Positions 51,703-52,638 of a stretch of 52,638 nucleotides of DNA are shown one piece after another (within the stretch, counting starts at the first letter, position 1; every line of letters starts with the position of its first letter). A program made the translations under genes and the position numbers. Below the pieces are notes generated by a model. That model saw only the letters and a program-made list of their open reading frames with translations. It was not told where the DNA came from and searched no databases. The stretch lies in NCBI GenBank assembly GCA_017609405.1, contig JAFCDZ010000004.1, positions 1-52,638 on the forward strand, read 5' to 3'. The stretch is from Candidatus Pacearchaeota archaeon. Its GTDB lineage: Archaea; Nanobdellota; Nanobdellia; Pacearchaeales; GW2011-AR1.

Positions 51703-52638
51703 TTAGTCTTTAATAAAGATGGTTTTCTTTTGTTTTTTTAGAAAATTTCGAAGAGCAGTAAGAGGTTTCATTAATGTGTCTCTTAAAAGCTGTTTTTGAT
51801 AGAATAAAGAGTTGGATAAATCTTTCCAACCCAAAACTAATTCTACATTAAGATCTGATTGAGAAATGGGTTTGTAAGGTTTTTCCGGTATTATTCTCTC
51901 TACCTTTTTCCTAGTTTTTTTAATACCTTCATAAAAAAAGTTTCTTATATTATCATTTCGAAAATAATAGTACTCAGATGGTTTTATATACAATCCCTTA
52001 TAAAGATCAGCTAAAGATTCATTAGTTAATTTTTTGGATGGATTATTGATATCTGTAGTTAAATAAAAATTGAGATAATCAGAAAATTCAAAAGGAGCAA
52101 CTTCTCCCATTAATAAATAAATTTCTCTTTTTTCAATATATTCACCATTTAATCTTTTTTGAATCAACTCGTTCAATTTTCTTAACTTAACGATTCCATC
52201 TAAAGAAATTTTTTCTAATTCCATAAGTTTTTTATCTGGAATCATCTGTGGAGATTTATTTAGTACTCCATGTCCGAGTGCGTGTAATAAACTTGGATAT
52301 GAAGGATATGTTTTTCCTACTGATAGATTAATCATCTTTTTTTTTGTAAGTGGAGAGTAATAATAAAATTCTTTTATTGAATCTTCTGAATAAATTTCTT
52401 CCCCCCTTAATAAGCAAAAAATATCTGATAAAATGCTATTAACAGGGTTGTGAAAATACCTCAAATCTCCAATAACTATCTCTGTTCCACCAGGGCTTGT
52501 TACAAAATTATATGGAACTCCCCGCTCATTCAAATAATCAATAATTTCTTTTTTTGCTAATTCTTCTAATTTTTCTGTGGGTGTATCATAAGGAACATGA
52601 AAGTGTTCAGTTACTATTTTTCTATGGTCTCTTAATTG
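51703..52638 (-). CDS. hypothetical protein, 5' end outside the window
   Basis: The frame stays open upstream of the TTG called at 52533 all the way to the window edge (..QLRDHRKIVTEHFHVPYDTPTEKLEELAKKEIIDYLNERGVPY..). No recognisable motif. Confidence 0.6.
   Translation of the reverse strand, partial: QLRDHRKIVTEHFHVPYDTPTEKLEELAKKEIIDYLNERGVPYNFVTSPGGTEIVIGDLRYFHNPVNSILSDIFCLLRGEEIYSEDSIKEFYYYSPLTKKKMINLSVGKTYPSYPSLLHALGHGVLNKSPQMIPDKKLMELEKISLDGIVKLRKLNELIQKRLNGEYIEKREIYLLMGEVAPFEFSDYLNFYLTTDINNPSKKLTNESLADLYKGLYIKPSEYYYFRNDNIRNFFYEGIKKTRKKVERIIPEKPYKPISQSDLNVELVLGWKDLSNSLFYQKQLLRDTLMKPLTALRNFLKKQKKTIFIKD

Overview
The window is AT-rich (about 30% G+C by eye, not computed) and very gene-dense, with many 4-nt ATGA start/stop overlaps. 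All domain and family calls below come from motifs I recognise by eye. No similarity search was run.

The core gene content is archaeal: tRNA-splicing endonuclease EndA, RtcB ligase, class-I CCA-adding enzyme, aCPSF1 (KH + beta-CASP RNase), proteasome beta, ribosomal protein S17e, TrmB, a presenilin-type protease, and an intron-containing tRNA. The compaction, the huge Cys-rich/beta-helix surface proteins and a bacterial-type LeuRS fit a DPANN-like archaeon (inference).

Layout:
- 0.1-6.4 kb: accessory island. It holds a DUF4258/DUF2283 TA-like pair, then two minus-strand operons with two DNA methyltransferases, four different nuclease-like folds, one RHH protein and one wHTH protein.
- 6.5-7.8 kb: rnhA translationally coupled to a Xer-like tyrosine recombinase.
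- 7.8-9.3 kb and 17.4-19.1 kb: two patches of small accessory gene units. Each patch starts right after one copy of a 61-bp direct repeat.
- 9.3-17.4 kb: core genes (GlyRS, HIT, tRNA-CAU, S17e, rubrerythrin, EndA, dCTP-deaminase-like).
- 19.6-29.5 kb: LeuRS, a CDF transporter plus a DUF134/NifX-like/DUF5320 cluster, tRNA-Arg with an integration-scar-like repeat array, proteasome beta and aCPSF1.
- 29.4-39.1 kb and 43.9-51.6 kb: giant secreted/anchored surface proteins, one of them broken by two homopolymer frameshifts.
- 39.1-43.6 kb: GTPase/DUF2073/Zn-ribbon triad, CCA enzyme, TrmB, presenilin homologue.
- 47.1-48.5 kb: RtcB.

The most unusual signal is in the two accessory patches. Four single-gene units each carry their own promoter and are closed by a different, perfect 12-14-bp inverted repeat. 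All four dock at the same junction geometry: GTTA, then 7 nt, then the left arm; the right arm is followed immediately by CT(C)TTCGG. The units are interleaved with a family of G+C-enriched hairpin repeats, and one patch sits next to the tyrosine recombinase. I read this as a candidate gene-cassette capture platform. It is integron-like in logic but does not match canonical integron, IS/MITE, inverton or terminator architecture.

No rRNA gene, CRISPR array, cas gene or reverse transcriptase was seen.
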